Origin: an uncultured candidatus Porisulfidus sp.
GTDB taxonomy: Bacteria; Pseudomonadota; Gammaproteobacteria; Poriferisulfidales; Poriferisulfidaceae
Length of the DNA: 64,000 bases
Direction: 5' to 3'
Assembly: GCA_965199755.1 (NCBI GenBank)
Contig: CBDASZ010000002.1
Coordinates: forward strand, 224,001 to 288,000
Shown: positions 1 through 8,227 of the stretch, piece by piece
Position numbering within the stretch: the stretch's first letter is position 1
Layout of the letters: every line of letters begins with the position of its first letter
Translations under genes and position numbers: made by a program
Notes under the pieces: generated by a model
Databases searched by the model: none
Told to the model about the DNA's origin: nothing
The model's input: the letters and a program-made list of their open reading frames with translations, nothing else

Positions 1-268
1 CACTCAGCAGCACCTGGCCTTCCGGGGATTGAAAGTCGGGGTCGTCGTCCGCCATCACCAGCCAGCGACGCCATGTCTCATAGGTGCCCTTCTTGCGGTC
101 AATCGCAATGCGCACATCTGTGTCCGGGCCCAGTTTGGCGCGTGTCGCCGTCGCCAGCGCCACTTCCAGCGCGTCAAAAATGATCTCGCGCTCAATGCCC
201 TTCTCCTTCGAGACGGTCTCCACCACCGCCAGAATATCCAGACCGGACTCATTCCCTGCTTCACTCAT
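1..268 (-). CDS. nusA: Transcription termination/antitermination factor NusA, 5' part (runs off window)
   Basis: Manual translation from ATG at 268: MSEAGNESGLDILAVVETVSKEKGIEREIIFDALEVALATATRAKLGPDTDVRIAIDRKKGTYETWRRW, a typical NusA N-terminus. It lies directly downstream of rimP and is missing from the ORF track. Confidence 0.93.
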   Translation of the reverse strand, partial: MSEAGNESGLDILAVVETVSKEKGIEREIIFDALEVALATATRAKLGPDTDVRIAIDRKKGTYETWRRWLVMADDDPDFQSPEGQVLLS

Positions 269-294
269 TGTTCCAAACCCTTGCCTGTGTTGCC

Positions 295-762
295 TCAATA
301 ATGCAATCGCGCCTGCGCGATCGCGTGATAGGGGACGACGAAACTCTCCGCGTCCTCCTGAATCTGTACATCAGCGTCAGTTACTTCGCCAATGCGTCCT
401 TCCAAACTGCGGCGTCCCTGCAACGGCCAGCGCAAACGCACGGACACGGCGGACTCCTGATAGCGGCGGAAATGCTCAGGCCGCAACAGCAATCGATCCA
501 GACCCGGTGACGAGACCTCCAGTCGATACGTCATCTGAATCGGATCTTCCACATCCAGCAGACCGCTGACCTGCTCGCTGACGGCCGCACAGTCTTCATG
601 ACTGATGCCACCGGGATGGTCGATATAGACACATACCGTCCCACGCCGCGTCCCCAATCGGCAGACCAACCCCCAATACTCGTAACCCATTTTCTCCACT
701 AGTGGAGCAATCAGGCCCTCCAGAGTTCGAGTTGTGCCGTCCATACGCAGGGCGCGTCCCAT
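295..762 (-). CDS. rimP: Ribosome maturation factor RimP
   Basis: Motifs VYIDHPGGISHEDCAAVSEQVSGLLDVEDPI and YRLEVSSPGLDR; upstream of nusA. Start chosen at ATG 762 (GAGGAAGG RBS); ATG 744 is an alternative. Confidence 0.95.
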   Translation of the reverse strand: MGRALRMDGTTRTLEGLIAPLVEKMGYEYWGLVCRLGTRRGTVCVYIDHPGGISHEDCAAVSEQVSGLLDVEDPIQMTYRLEVSSPGLDRLLLRPEHFRRYQESAVSVRLRWPLQGRRSLEGRIGEVTDADVQIQEDAESFVVPYHAIAQARLHY

Positions 763-784
763 GGCCTTCCTCGCCGCACCTAAC

Positions 785-806
785 AAAAACCCCCGTAAAC
801 GGGGGC
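785..806 (-). terminator. Intrinsic terminator-like hairpin in the rimP leader (putative attenuator)
   Basis: Minus strand GCCCCCG-TTTA-CGGGGGT followed by TTTTG, about 25 nt upstream of rimP, where gammaproteobacterial rimP leader hairpins occur. Confidence 0.7.
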
Positions 807-985
807 TTCAGCCGGGTATCCCAATTTGTTCGGGACTACATTGTAACATTTATCGCCTGTACGATGCCAACATATATTGGATCCGATTCCCGCATGTATC
901 TGACAGAAGCAGAGCCCTCTTGAGAGGAATGCAACCTCCGCCGTCTCGTGGACAGTCATCTCTGCAACATGCGGCACAGGCAATT

Positions 986-1156
986 TCAACCAAGCCAGTC
1001 TATGACCGGGACGCGCACCGCGTCGCTACCCCAGTTATCTCGATAGAGTGCAGCCTTCGTAGCGTTAATATCGTTGGCGAAAACGGTCTCGATGCCCAGC
1101 GGCTCAAGACCGGCGCGCATCAGGCCCATGCCCGCAAAGAATTCGGCAGCACGCAT
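986..1156 (-). pseudogene. Truncated DNA (cytosine-5)-methyltransferase, N-terminal 56 aa only
   Basis: Manual translation MRAAEFFAGMGLMRAGLEPLGIETVFANDINATKAALYRDNWG...* covers C5-MTase motif I (FAGxG) and motifs II/III; GGAG RBS; the catalytic PC motif is absent. Confidence 0.85.
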
Positions 1157-1259
1157 CAGGCTCCCCGATTCCTATATGTATCTGGAATTAGCAACAGGGA
1201 CAAGCACAGGGCCGCTACGGACACAGCCGCAGCGTCAGCGTGTCAGGTGCAGCCCGTTC

Positions 1260-1340
1260 TTACTTAATGCGCATGGCGATCTGCATGATCACCACGGCAA
1301 GGACTGTGGCGCCAATCGCCATCCAAGCCCATCCACTCAT
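1260..1340 (-). CDS. Putative 26-aa single-pass membrane small protein
   Basis: MSGWAWMAIGATVLAVVIMQIAMRIK*: one hydrophobic helix with a basic C-terminus; GGAG RBS 7 nt before the ATG. Confidence 0.5.
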   Translation of the reverse strand: MSGWAWMAIGATVLAVVIMQIAMRIK

Positions 1341-1431
1341 AAATATGCTCCGGTCATCAAGTGCGGATTGTGTCGGGATTATAGCCGAAGGCGCATTACA
1401 ATGGGAACGCTCCATACCACCGGTACCCGTA

Positions 1432-1848
1432 ATGCCCCCAGTTGACAAAATCCAGCGCAGCGATGCCGAGTGGCGCAGCCAGCTCAGCGCCGAGCAATAT
1501 GCAGTCTGCCGCCGCAAGGGCACCGAACCCGCTTTCGGCGGAGAGTACTACACCCAGCACGATGACGGCCAGTTCCTGTGCGTGTGCTGTGACGCGCTAC
1601 TATTCGACTCGCAACACAAATACGACTCCGGCAGCGGCTGGCCAAGTTTCACCGCCTACGCCAAACCCGAAGCGGTCGATGAACTCTCCGATCACAGCCT
1701 CGGCATGCGCCGCACCGAAGTGCTGTGCGCCCGCTGTGATGCGCATCTCGGACACGTGTTCAACGACGGCCCGCCGCCGAGCGGACTGCGCTACTGCATC
1801 AATTCTGTCGCCCTGCGCTTTCGCCCACGCGACGATACTTCAGTCTGA
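1432..1848 (+). CDS. msrB: Peptide-methionine (R)-S-oxide reductase MsrB
   Basis: Motifs GTEPAF, CVCC, KYDSGSGWPSF, CARCDAHLGHVFNDGP, GLRYCINS. Confidence 0.97.
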   Translation: MPPVDKIQRSDAEWRSQLSAEQYAVCRRKGTEPAFGGEYYTQHDDGQFLCVCCDALLFDSQHKYDSGSGWPSFTAYAKPEAVDELSDHSLGMRRTEVLCARCDAHLGHVFNDGPPPSGLRYCINSVALRFRPRDDTSV

Positions 1849-2409
1849 TTCAAGCTGACGGCGCAACGCCGCCCAATCAAAAGCCGGTCCCGGATCGGTC
1901 TTGCGCCCCGGCGCAATATCGCAGTGCCCCACGATCCGCTGCGCATTGAGTTTCGGGTAAACGCACATCAAAGCCTGAATCACGGACACCAGCACCTCCA
2001 TTTGCGCAGCCTCATACGGCTCCTCATCACAGCCTTCCAGCTCAATGCCGATCGAGTAATCATTGCAGCGCGCGCGGCCTTCGAAAGATGACTCCCCGGC
2101 ATGCCAGGCACGGCGATGCAAGGGCACGAACTGGATCAGTTCACCATCCCTGCGGATCAATATGTGCGCAGATACCCGCAAGTCCCGCAGAGGCGCATAG
2201 TCAGGATGCGCAGCGCAGTCGAGCGTATTGGTGAACAGACGCTCCACCGCATCGCCGCCGTATTGTCCGGGCGGCAAACTGATACCGTGAATGACCAGCA
2301 AGTCCACGGTGGTCCCGGACGGGCGATCGTCGCAATTCGGCGACGGTACCTGCCGCGCGCCCGACAGCCAGCCGATCGTGGCATCTGCTGAAATTGAGTC
2401 GCTGTTCAT
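1840..2409 (-). CDS. ampD: 1,6-anhydro-N-acetylmuramyl-L-alanine amidase AmpD
   Basis: Motifs LLVIHGISLPPG, VSAHILIRRDG, RAWHAG, SIGIELEG, IAPGRKTDPG. Confidence 0.96.
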   Translation of the reverse strand: MNSDSISADATIGWLSGARQVPSPNCDDRPSGTTVDLLVIHGISLPPGQYGGDAVERLFTNTLDCAAHPDYAPLRDLRVSAHILIRRDGELIQFVPLHRRAWHAGESSFEGRARCNDYSIGIELEGCDEEPYEAAQMEVLVSVIQALMCVYPKLNAQRIVGHCDIAPGRKTDPGPAFDWAALRRQLESD

Positions 2410-2459
2410 GGGACGGCTATACTACAATACTACTGCACAGTGCCTTGTGAGAACCTGCT

Positions 2460-3629
2460 GTGGAACACACAACCAGCGTTGTTTTCGTCATCTTTCTGAT
2501 CTATACCGGGGCGGCCATCCTGGCCACCTTTTCGTTATTTGCACGTCAAACCCTGCTGATCGCCTACATCGCTCTGGGCCTGCTGATCGGCCCGTTCGGC
2601 TTCGGCTTCGTCTCCGATATCGAAACCATTCAGAACATCTCGCATATCGGCATCACCTTCTTGCTGTTTCTGCTCGGCCTCAACCTACGGCCGCAGAAAT
2701 TGCTGGAATTGTTCCGCAAGACCGCCATCATCACGGCCATCACCTCAGGTACCTTCGCCATCGGCGGCGCGGCCATCTGTTACTCGCTCGGCTTCAGCAT
2801 GGTCGATTCGCTGTTTATCGGTGCCGGCATGATGTTCTCCAGCACCATCATCGGCCTAAAATTGCTGCCGACCACCGTGCTGCATCACCAGATTACTGGC
2901 GAGTTGATGATCAGCATTCTGCTGCTGCAGGACGTGATCGCGCTGATTGTGCTGCTGATTATCGATATGCAGACCGGCGTGTTTTTCGGCAACGAAATCT
3001 TCCGCATGATCATCGGCCTGCCGGCGGTGGTCGGACTGTCCTGGCTCATCTATCGCTATGTGCTCGACCCGCTGTTCTCGCGCTTCGACCAGATCCAGGA
3101 ATACGTATTCCTGATGGTGATCGGCTGGTGTCTGGGCATGGCAGAAATCTCCGCCTTTCTCGGCCTGTCGATCGAATCGGGCGCGTTTATCGCCGGCGTC
3201 ACACTGGCGGCCAGCCCGATTTCGCAGTACATCGCGGAAGTGCTCAAACCGTTACGGGATTTCTTTCTGGTTATCTTCTTCTTCTCGGTCGGTGCCGCCT
3301 ACAACTGGCATGTGCTGCTTGAAGTGCTAGTGCCCGCCGCGCTGCTGGTCGCATTCACCATCGCCGTGAAACCGTGGATGTTCCGCACCCTGCTGTTGAA
3401 GATCGGCGAAAAGTCCACGCGCTCGCACGAGGTGGGCGTGCGCCTTGCCAACATCAGCGAGTTTTCGCTGCTGATCGCGGTGCTGGCGCTGACTGGCGGC
3501 GTAATCACCGAACAGGCATCCTTCGTCATCCAGACCGCCACCTTGTTCACGTTCATCATCTCGTCTTACTGGATCGTGCTGTTCTATCCCTCGCCGATGG
3601 CGGTGAAGGACGAATTGCGCCAGTTGTAG
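2460..3629 (+). CDS. Cation:proton antiporter, CPA2 (KefB/NapA-like) without RCK domain
   Basis: About 12 hydrophobic segments; motifs GLLIGP, FSSTII, LLLQD, SEFSL. Confidence 0.88.
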   Translation: MEHTTSVVFVIFLIYTGAAILATFSLFARQTLLIAYIALGLLIGPFGFGFVSDIETIQNISHIGITFLLFLLGLNLRPQKLLELFRKTAIITAITSGTFAIGGAAICYSLGFSMVDSLFIGAGMMFSSTIIGLKLLPTTVLHHQITGELMISILLLQDVIALIVLLIIDMQTGVFFGNEIFRMIIGLPAVVGLSWLIYRYVLDPLFSRFDQIQEYVFLMVIGWCLGMAEISAFLGLSIESGAFIAGVTLAASPISQYIAEVLKPLRDFFLVIFFFSVGAAYNWHVLLEVLVPAALLVAFTIAVKPWMFRTLLLKIGEKSTRSHEVGVRLANISEFSLLIAVLALTGGVITEQASFVIQTATLFTFIISSYWIVLFYPSPMAVKDELRQL

Positions 3630-3654
3630 CGCGCGGCTTCGCGCGCGTCGCCCC

Positions 3655-4023
3655 ATGGAAACCGGCATCGCCGATTTCAGCGAGCGCGAACAGTGGGTGG
3701 TGCACACCACGCTGCAAGAGCGCTGGACTGATACCGACATCCCGCTGCATACGGCCGACGTCGAAATCCGGCTGCGCACCGAAGACGCCGAAGGCTCGCC
3801 CTGCCCGGCCCTGTACTGGCAGGTCGATGGGTGCAATTTCGTTGTGGTCAAGACCAGCGAGAGCCGTTATCGCTGCCAGTTTTTCTATAATGACTTGCAG
3901 CAGATGGCCCCGGACGTCACCGAATACACCGAACTCGCCGAATGCGTGGTGCAGTTGCTGCAAACGCAAGCCGACCACGCCCGCATGACCGGCCGCGGCA
4001 TCACCAGCACGGACACACCATGA
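3655..4023 (+). CDS. Hypothetical protein
   Basis: 122-aa ORF in an operon context, ATGA-coupled to pfk. Confidence 0.75.
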   Translation: METGIADFSEREQWVVHTTLQERWTDTDIPLHTADVEIRLRTEDAEGSPCPALYWQVDGCNFVVVKTSESRYRCQFFYNDLQQMAPDVTEYTELAECVVQLLQTQADHARMTGRGITSTDTP

Positions 4024-5282
4024 GCACGCGCCGCAATCTTTTCTACGCGCAATCCGGCGGCCCCACCGCCGTCATCAATGCCTCCGCCGCAGGGGTCATT
4101 GAAACCGCACGCGCGCACCCTGATCGTATCGGCCGCGTGTACGCCGGGCGCAATGGCATTCTCGGCGCGCTCAACGAAGACATAATCGACGTCAACCGCG
4201 AATCCACCAGAACCATCGCGGCATTGCGGCACACGCCGGGTGCCGCCTTCGGCACCTGTCGCTACAAACTCAAGGGCCTGAAAGAAAACCGCGCCGAATA
4301 CGAACGCCTGCTCGACGTGTTCGAGGCGCACAACATTGGCTATTTCTTCTACAACGGCGGCGGCGACTCACAAGACACCGCGCACAAGGTCGCGCAACTA
4401 GCGCGGCAACGCAACTCACCGATTCGCTGCATTGGCATCCCGAAGACAGTGGACAACGACTTGCCGGTAACCGACAACTGCCCTGGCTTCGGCTCGGTCG
4501 CCAAATACGTCTCCACCTCGATCCGCGAAGCGGGACTAGACGTCGCTTCCATGGCCGCCACCTCGACCAAGGTCTTCATTCTGGAAGTGATGGGCCGGCA
4601 CGCCGGCTGGATCGCGGCGGCGGGCGGACTCGCCTCCACCTGTGGAGGAGAGCCGCCACATATCATTCTGTTCCCGGAGATTCCGCTCTCCCGACAGAAA
4701 TTTCTGGCCCGTGTGCGCGCCTGTGTTAAGGAATACGGCTTCTGCGCCATCGTCGCCTCTGAAGGCGTGCGCGATGCCCGCGGGCGCTTTCTGGCGGAAT
4801 CCGGCTCTCGCGATGCTTTCGGACACGCGCAACTCGGTGGCAACGCGCTGGTACTGGCGAATCTGATCTCCGAGCGCCTCGGCTACAAAAATCACTGGGC
4901 GGTGGCCGATTATCTGCAGCGCTCCGCCAGCCACATCGCCTCTCAAACCGACTGTGATCAGGCTTATGCGGTCGGCCGCGCCGCCGTGCGGCTAGCCCTC
5001 CGCGGACACACCGCCATCATGCCAACTATCGTGCGCACCTCCAATAATCCCTATCGCTGGAAGATCGGCACCACGCCGCTGTCGCGCGTCGCCAACCGCG
5101 AGCGTATGATGCCTAAAAACTTCATCACTGAAGACGGCTTCGGCATCACCCAGCGCTGCCGAAACTATCTGGAGCCGCTGATTCGCGGCGAAGCCACGCC
5201 ACCGTTTCGCAACGGACTACCGCAATATGCGCGCCTCAAGGACGTGCGCGTGGCGCAGAAACTGCCGCCCCACCCCACATGA
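4020..5282 (+). CDS. pfp: Pyrophosphate-dependent 6-phosphofructokinase (Pfp)
   Basis: Motifs YAQSGGPTAVIN, NGGGDS (Asp), IPKTVDND (Lys), EVMGRHAGW. The GGDS/PKT residues indicate the PPi-specific type. Confidence 0.9.
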   Translation: MSTRRNLFYAQSGGPTAVINASAAGVIETARAHPDRIGRVYAGRNGILGALNEDIIDVNRESTRTIAALRHTPGAAFGTCRYKLKGLKENRAEYERLLDVFEAHNIGYFFYNGGGDSQDTAHKVAQLARQRNSPIRCIGIPKTVDNDLPVTDNCPGFGSVAKYVSTSIREAGLDVASMAATSTKVFILEVMGRHAGWIAAAGGLASTCGGEPPHIILFPEIPLSRQKFLARVRACVKEYGFCAIVASEGVRDARGRFLAESGSRDAFGHAQLGGNALVLANLISERLGYKNHWAVADYLQRSASHIASQTDCDQAYAVGRAAVRLALRGHTAIMPTIVRTSNNPYRWKIGTTPLSRVANRERMMPKNFITEDGFGITQRCRNYLEPLIRGEATPPFRNGLPQYARLKDVRVAQKLPPHPT

Positions 5283-5476
5283 CTCTGGACAAGGCACGCG
5301 AACTGCTGCTAAAGCAAGCGCAAGTCGCTGGCGGCTATACGCGTAATGGCGCACGGCTGATTCTGGCCGAAGTCGGACGCGAACACGGTCAAGATGCCGT
5401 GGATGACCTGATCCGTGAACTGGATCTGGAGGAAATCTTTGGCTTCACCCCAGGCACTCACTTCAAGGGAGCCTGA
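5279..5476 (+). CDS. Small hypothetical protein
   Basis: 65-aa ORF ATGA-coupled to pfk, with protein-like composition. Confidence 0.7.
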   Translation: MTLDKARELLLKQAQVAGGYTRNGARLILAEVGREHGQDAVDDLIRELDLEEIFGFTPGTHFKGA

Positions 5477-6212
5477 ACGCGCTCGCGGCGAGCGCGGCCG
5501 CGACCGCCTCTACGCGCACAAGCGCCCGACAGAAGACTTCCGCTTTGACGCCCAAGTCGCCGATGTGTTCGACGACATGGTGGCCCGCTCAGTGCCGGGC
5601 TACGCCTCATTGATTCATGGCATCGGCGTGCTCGGCGCGCAGCGCATGCGCGAGCATCACGCCTGCTACGACCTCGGCTGCTCACTCGGCGCGGTGGCCC
5701 GCCGCTGGGCGCGGCACAAGACACCGAATAGCCCGATCATCGCCGTGGACGCCTCACGCGCCATGATCGAACGTGCCGCCGCGCGCTCCGATCCGTTCAT
5801 CACCTATCAATGCGCCGACATTCGCACCCTGACATTGCGCCCGGCCAGCGTCGTCGCGCTGAATCTGACCTTGCAGTTTCTGCCTGCCGAAGACCGACTC
5901 GGCGTGCTGGAGAACATCGCCCGCGCCCTGCACCCCGACGGCGCGTTGATCCTGACCGAAAAAATCCGCTTCAACGAACCTGAGGAGAGCCTACGCAATC
6001 AACAGCATGAAGCCTTCAAGCGATTGCAGGGATACAGCGAACTGGAAATCAGTCAGAAACGCACCGCGCTGGAGCGTACGCTGGTGCGGGATTCGCTGGA
6101 AATCCACCGCGCGCGACTGAAACAAGCGGGCTTTCACTCGATTACTGTCTGGTTCCAATGTCTGCACTTCTGCTCGATGCTGGCGCAACGCCGCAGCGAT
6201 TCCGGTTTCTGA
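5439..6212 (+). CDS. cmoA: Carboxy-S-adenosyl-L-methionine synthase CmoA
   Basis: Motifs DFRFDAQVADVFDDMVARSVPGY, YDLGCSLG, LNLTLQF, GYSELEISQKRTALE. TTG 5439 has a GGAGG RBS. Confidence 0.93.
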   Translation: MASPQALTSREPERARGERGRDRLYAHKRPTEDFRFDAQVADVFDDMVARSVPGYASLIHGIGVLGAQRMREHHACYDLGCSLGAVARRWARHKTPNSPIIAVDASRAMIERAAARSDPFITYQCADIRTLTLRPASVVALNLTLQFLPAEDRLGVLENIARALHPDGALILTEKIRFNEPEESLRNQQHEAFKRLQGYSELEISQKRTALERTLVRDSLEIHRARLKQAGFHSITVWFQCLHFCSMLAQRRSDSGF

Positions 6213-7147
6213 AGCAGTTCCTGCGCGAGCAGGGGCTCGGATCCTGGTGGAATCTGAGTGCGCAGTGCTGGGAGAATCCACAACACGGAGACACCGCACG
6301 CTGGCATGAAGCCGTGCGCGCCATGCCATCGCAAATCACCCCGCATATCGAACTGGATGCCGGATGCATCACCATCGGCGATGCCGGCGAACTGACACCA
6401 CGCGAACATACCCGACTTCGCCAGAGTCTGGAGACGCTGATGCCGTGGCGCAAAGGACCGTTTTGCCTGTTTGGCACAGAGATTGATGCGGAATGGCGCT
6501 GCGATATGAAATGGCAACGCTTGCACCCGCATATCGCTGATTTGCGCGGGCGGCGCGTCCTCGATATCGGCTGTGGCAACGGCTACTTTCTCCTGCGCAT
6601 GCTGGGCGCCGGCGCAGCACTGGCGCTGGGCGTGGAATCTTCCTGGCTGTCCCACTGGCAGTTCGCAACAGTAATGCGCACGATGGCAACAGAGTATCCC
6701 GGCTGGATGATTCCAGCACGCTTTGAAACCTTGCCGCAAGGCACGTTTGACAGCGTCTTCTCCATGGGCGTACTACATCACCAGCGCACGCCGCAAACAC
6801 ACTTGCAGCAGTTGCGCCAGCGGCTCGAATCTGGCGGAGAACTGGTGTTCGAGACTTTGCTCGTGGACGACGCACCGGGGGGCCAGTTGGATATTCCGGA
6901 TCGCTATGCGGCCATGCGCAACGTGTACCTGCTATGGACTCCGCAGCGCATTGAAGAGGAGTTGCGGGCGGCAGGATTCCGCATGGTACGCCAAGTTGAT
7001 CAGACCCGCACTACGGTGGCGGAACAGCGCCGCACTCGCTGGATGACTAACCACTCACTGGCGGACGCACTGGATGCACGCGATACAAATCGTACGATTG
7101 AAGGCTACCCCGCGCCGGCGCGTGGAATTTTCATCGCGGAAGCCTAA
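6158..7147 (+). CDS. cmoB: tRNA U34 carboxymethyltransferase CmoB
   Basis: Motifs LMPWRKGPF, IDAEWRCDMKW, LDIGCGNGY, FSMGVLHH, TIEGYPAP. Start uncertain. Confidence 0.93.
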   Translation: MSALLLDAGATPQRFRFLKQFLREQGLGSWWNLSAQCWENPQHGDTARWHEAVRAMPSQITPHIELDAGCITIGDAGELTPREHTRLRQSLETLMPWRKGPFCLFGTEIDAEWRCDMKWQRLHPHIADLRGRRVLDIGCGNGYFLLRMLGAGAALALGVESSWLSHWQFATVMRTMATEYPGWMIPARFETLPQGTFDSVFSMGVLHHQRTPQTHLQQLRQRLESGGELVFETLLVDDAPGGQLDIPDRYAAMRNVYLLWTPQRIEEELRAAGFRMVRQVDQTRTTVAEQRRTRWMTNHSLADALDARDTNRTIEGYPAPARGIFIAEA

Positions 7148-7201
7148 AGCCCTATAATAAATAGTATTCAGGCATCACCATAACAAGTACTTCAAAAACC
7201 T

Positions 7202-7780
7202 ATGCACGCAAAGCCTCTCTACTGTCCGCAATGCGGCTCCAACTCCTTGGAATATCGCATTCCGGACGGCGACAGCAAGCGACGTTATGTGTGCGAGCGC
7301 TGCGGCTACATCATCTATCAGAATCCCTTGACAGTGGCCGGGGCGATTCTGGAATGGGAAGGAAAAATTCTGTTGTGCAAGCGCGCCATCAAACCGCGCT
7401 TCGGCCTGTGGACCTTGCCGGCCGGTTTCATGGAAACGCACGAGACCGTGGAAGAATGCGCGCGCCGCGAAAGTCTGGAGGAAGCCACCGCGGAAATTGA
7501 CAACATGGCGCTGTTTAGCCTCTACAGTTTGCCGCACATCTCCCAGATTTACGTCATCTACTCTGGCACCCTGAGAGAGGGACGCACCGAACCCGGTGAG
7601 GAATCGAGTCAGTGTAAATTATTCGCGCCGGACGAGATCCCGTGGTCGGAAATCGCCTTTGACATCATTGAAGAGAATCTGAAACTGTATTTCGAACACG
7701 GCAGTGGCAATGGCCGGGTCCACACCGGCTCGGTCATGCCGCATCCTGGCTCTGGAGCGCAAGCTGAAATCGGACAGTGA
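7202..7780 (+). CDS. Nudix hydrolase with N-terminal zinc ribbon
   Basis: CPQC...CERC zinc ribbon, YQNP, and Nudix box PAGFMETHETVEECARRESLEEA. Confidence 0.9.
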   Translation: MHAKPLYCPQCGSNSLEYRIPDGDSKRRYVCERCGYIIYQNPLTVAGAILEWEGKILLCKRAIKPRFGLWTLPAGFMETHETVEECARRESLEEATAEIDNMALFSLYSLPHISQIYVIYSGTLREGRTEPGEESSQCKLFAPDEIPWSEIAFDIIEENLKLYFEHGSGNGRVHTGSVMPHPGSGAQAEIGQ

Positions 7781-8150
7781 ACCGCGCCGCCTGCTCACTA
7801 TCATCGAACTCGGCGGTTACCCGAATTTCACGGATCTCTACCGGGAACTCGGTTTTGATGCTGAGTTATGTATCTCCATGCGCAAGGCGCTGAGGGCGAT
7901 CCGGCGCCGGCCGCCTGATGTGATCGTCTGCGAGTTCAACTTTCAGTCAGATTTCCGCGATCGCACCAGTTCACTGGAATCCATGATCGCACTGGTACAG
8001 CGTCAACCAGAAACACAGGTGATTGTGCTGATGGAGCCGCAACATCGGATGCAGTTCAGCAAACTCGAAGCGCACTACCCTTTTCACGCCGCACTGGATT
8101 TGCCGGTGGATGAGGCCCATATGCGCCAAGCACTGGAGTGTCTGGCGTAG
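7764..8150 (+). CDS. Receiver-domain-like hypothetical protein
   Basis: Motifs LLTIIELGGYPNF, PDVIVCEFN, VIVLM suggest a degenerate CheY-like fold. Start uncertain (ORF track 7704; CTG at 7764 has a GGAG RBS). Confidence 0.65.
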   Translation: MKSDSEPRRLLTIIELGGYPNFTDLYRELGFDAELCISMRKALRAIRRRPPDVIVCEFNFQSDFRDRTSSLESMIALVQRQPETQVIVLMEPQHRMQFSKLEAHYPFHAALDLPVDEAHMRQALECLA

Positions 8151-8227
8151 AAGATAACCAGAAGGTCGGATCTGTTTGTCCGTGATCTTCTGCCTACACG
8201 AAACTCCGAAGAGCCCCTAACAACTCT

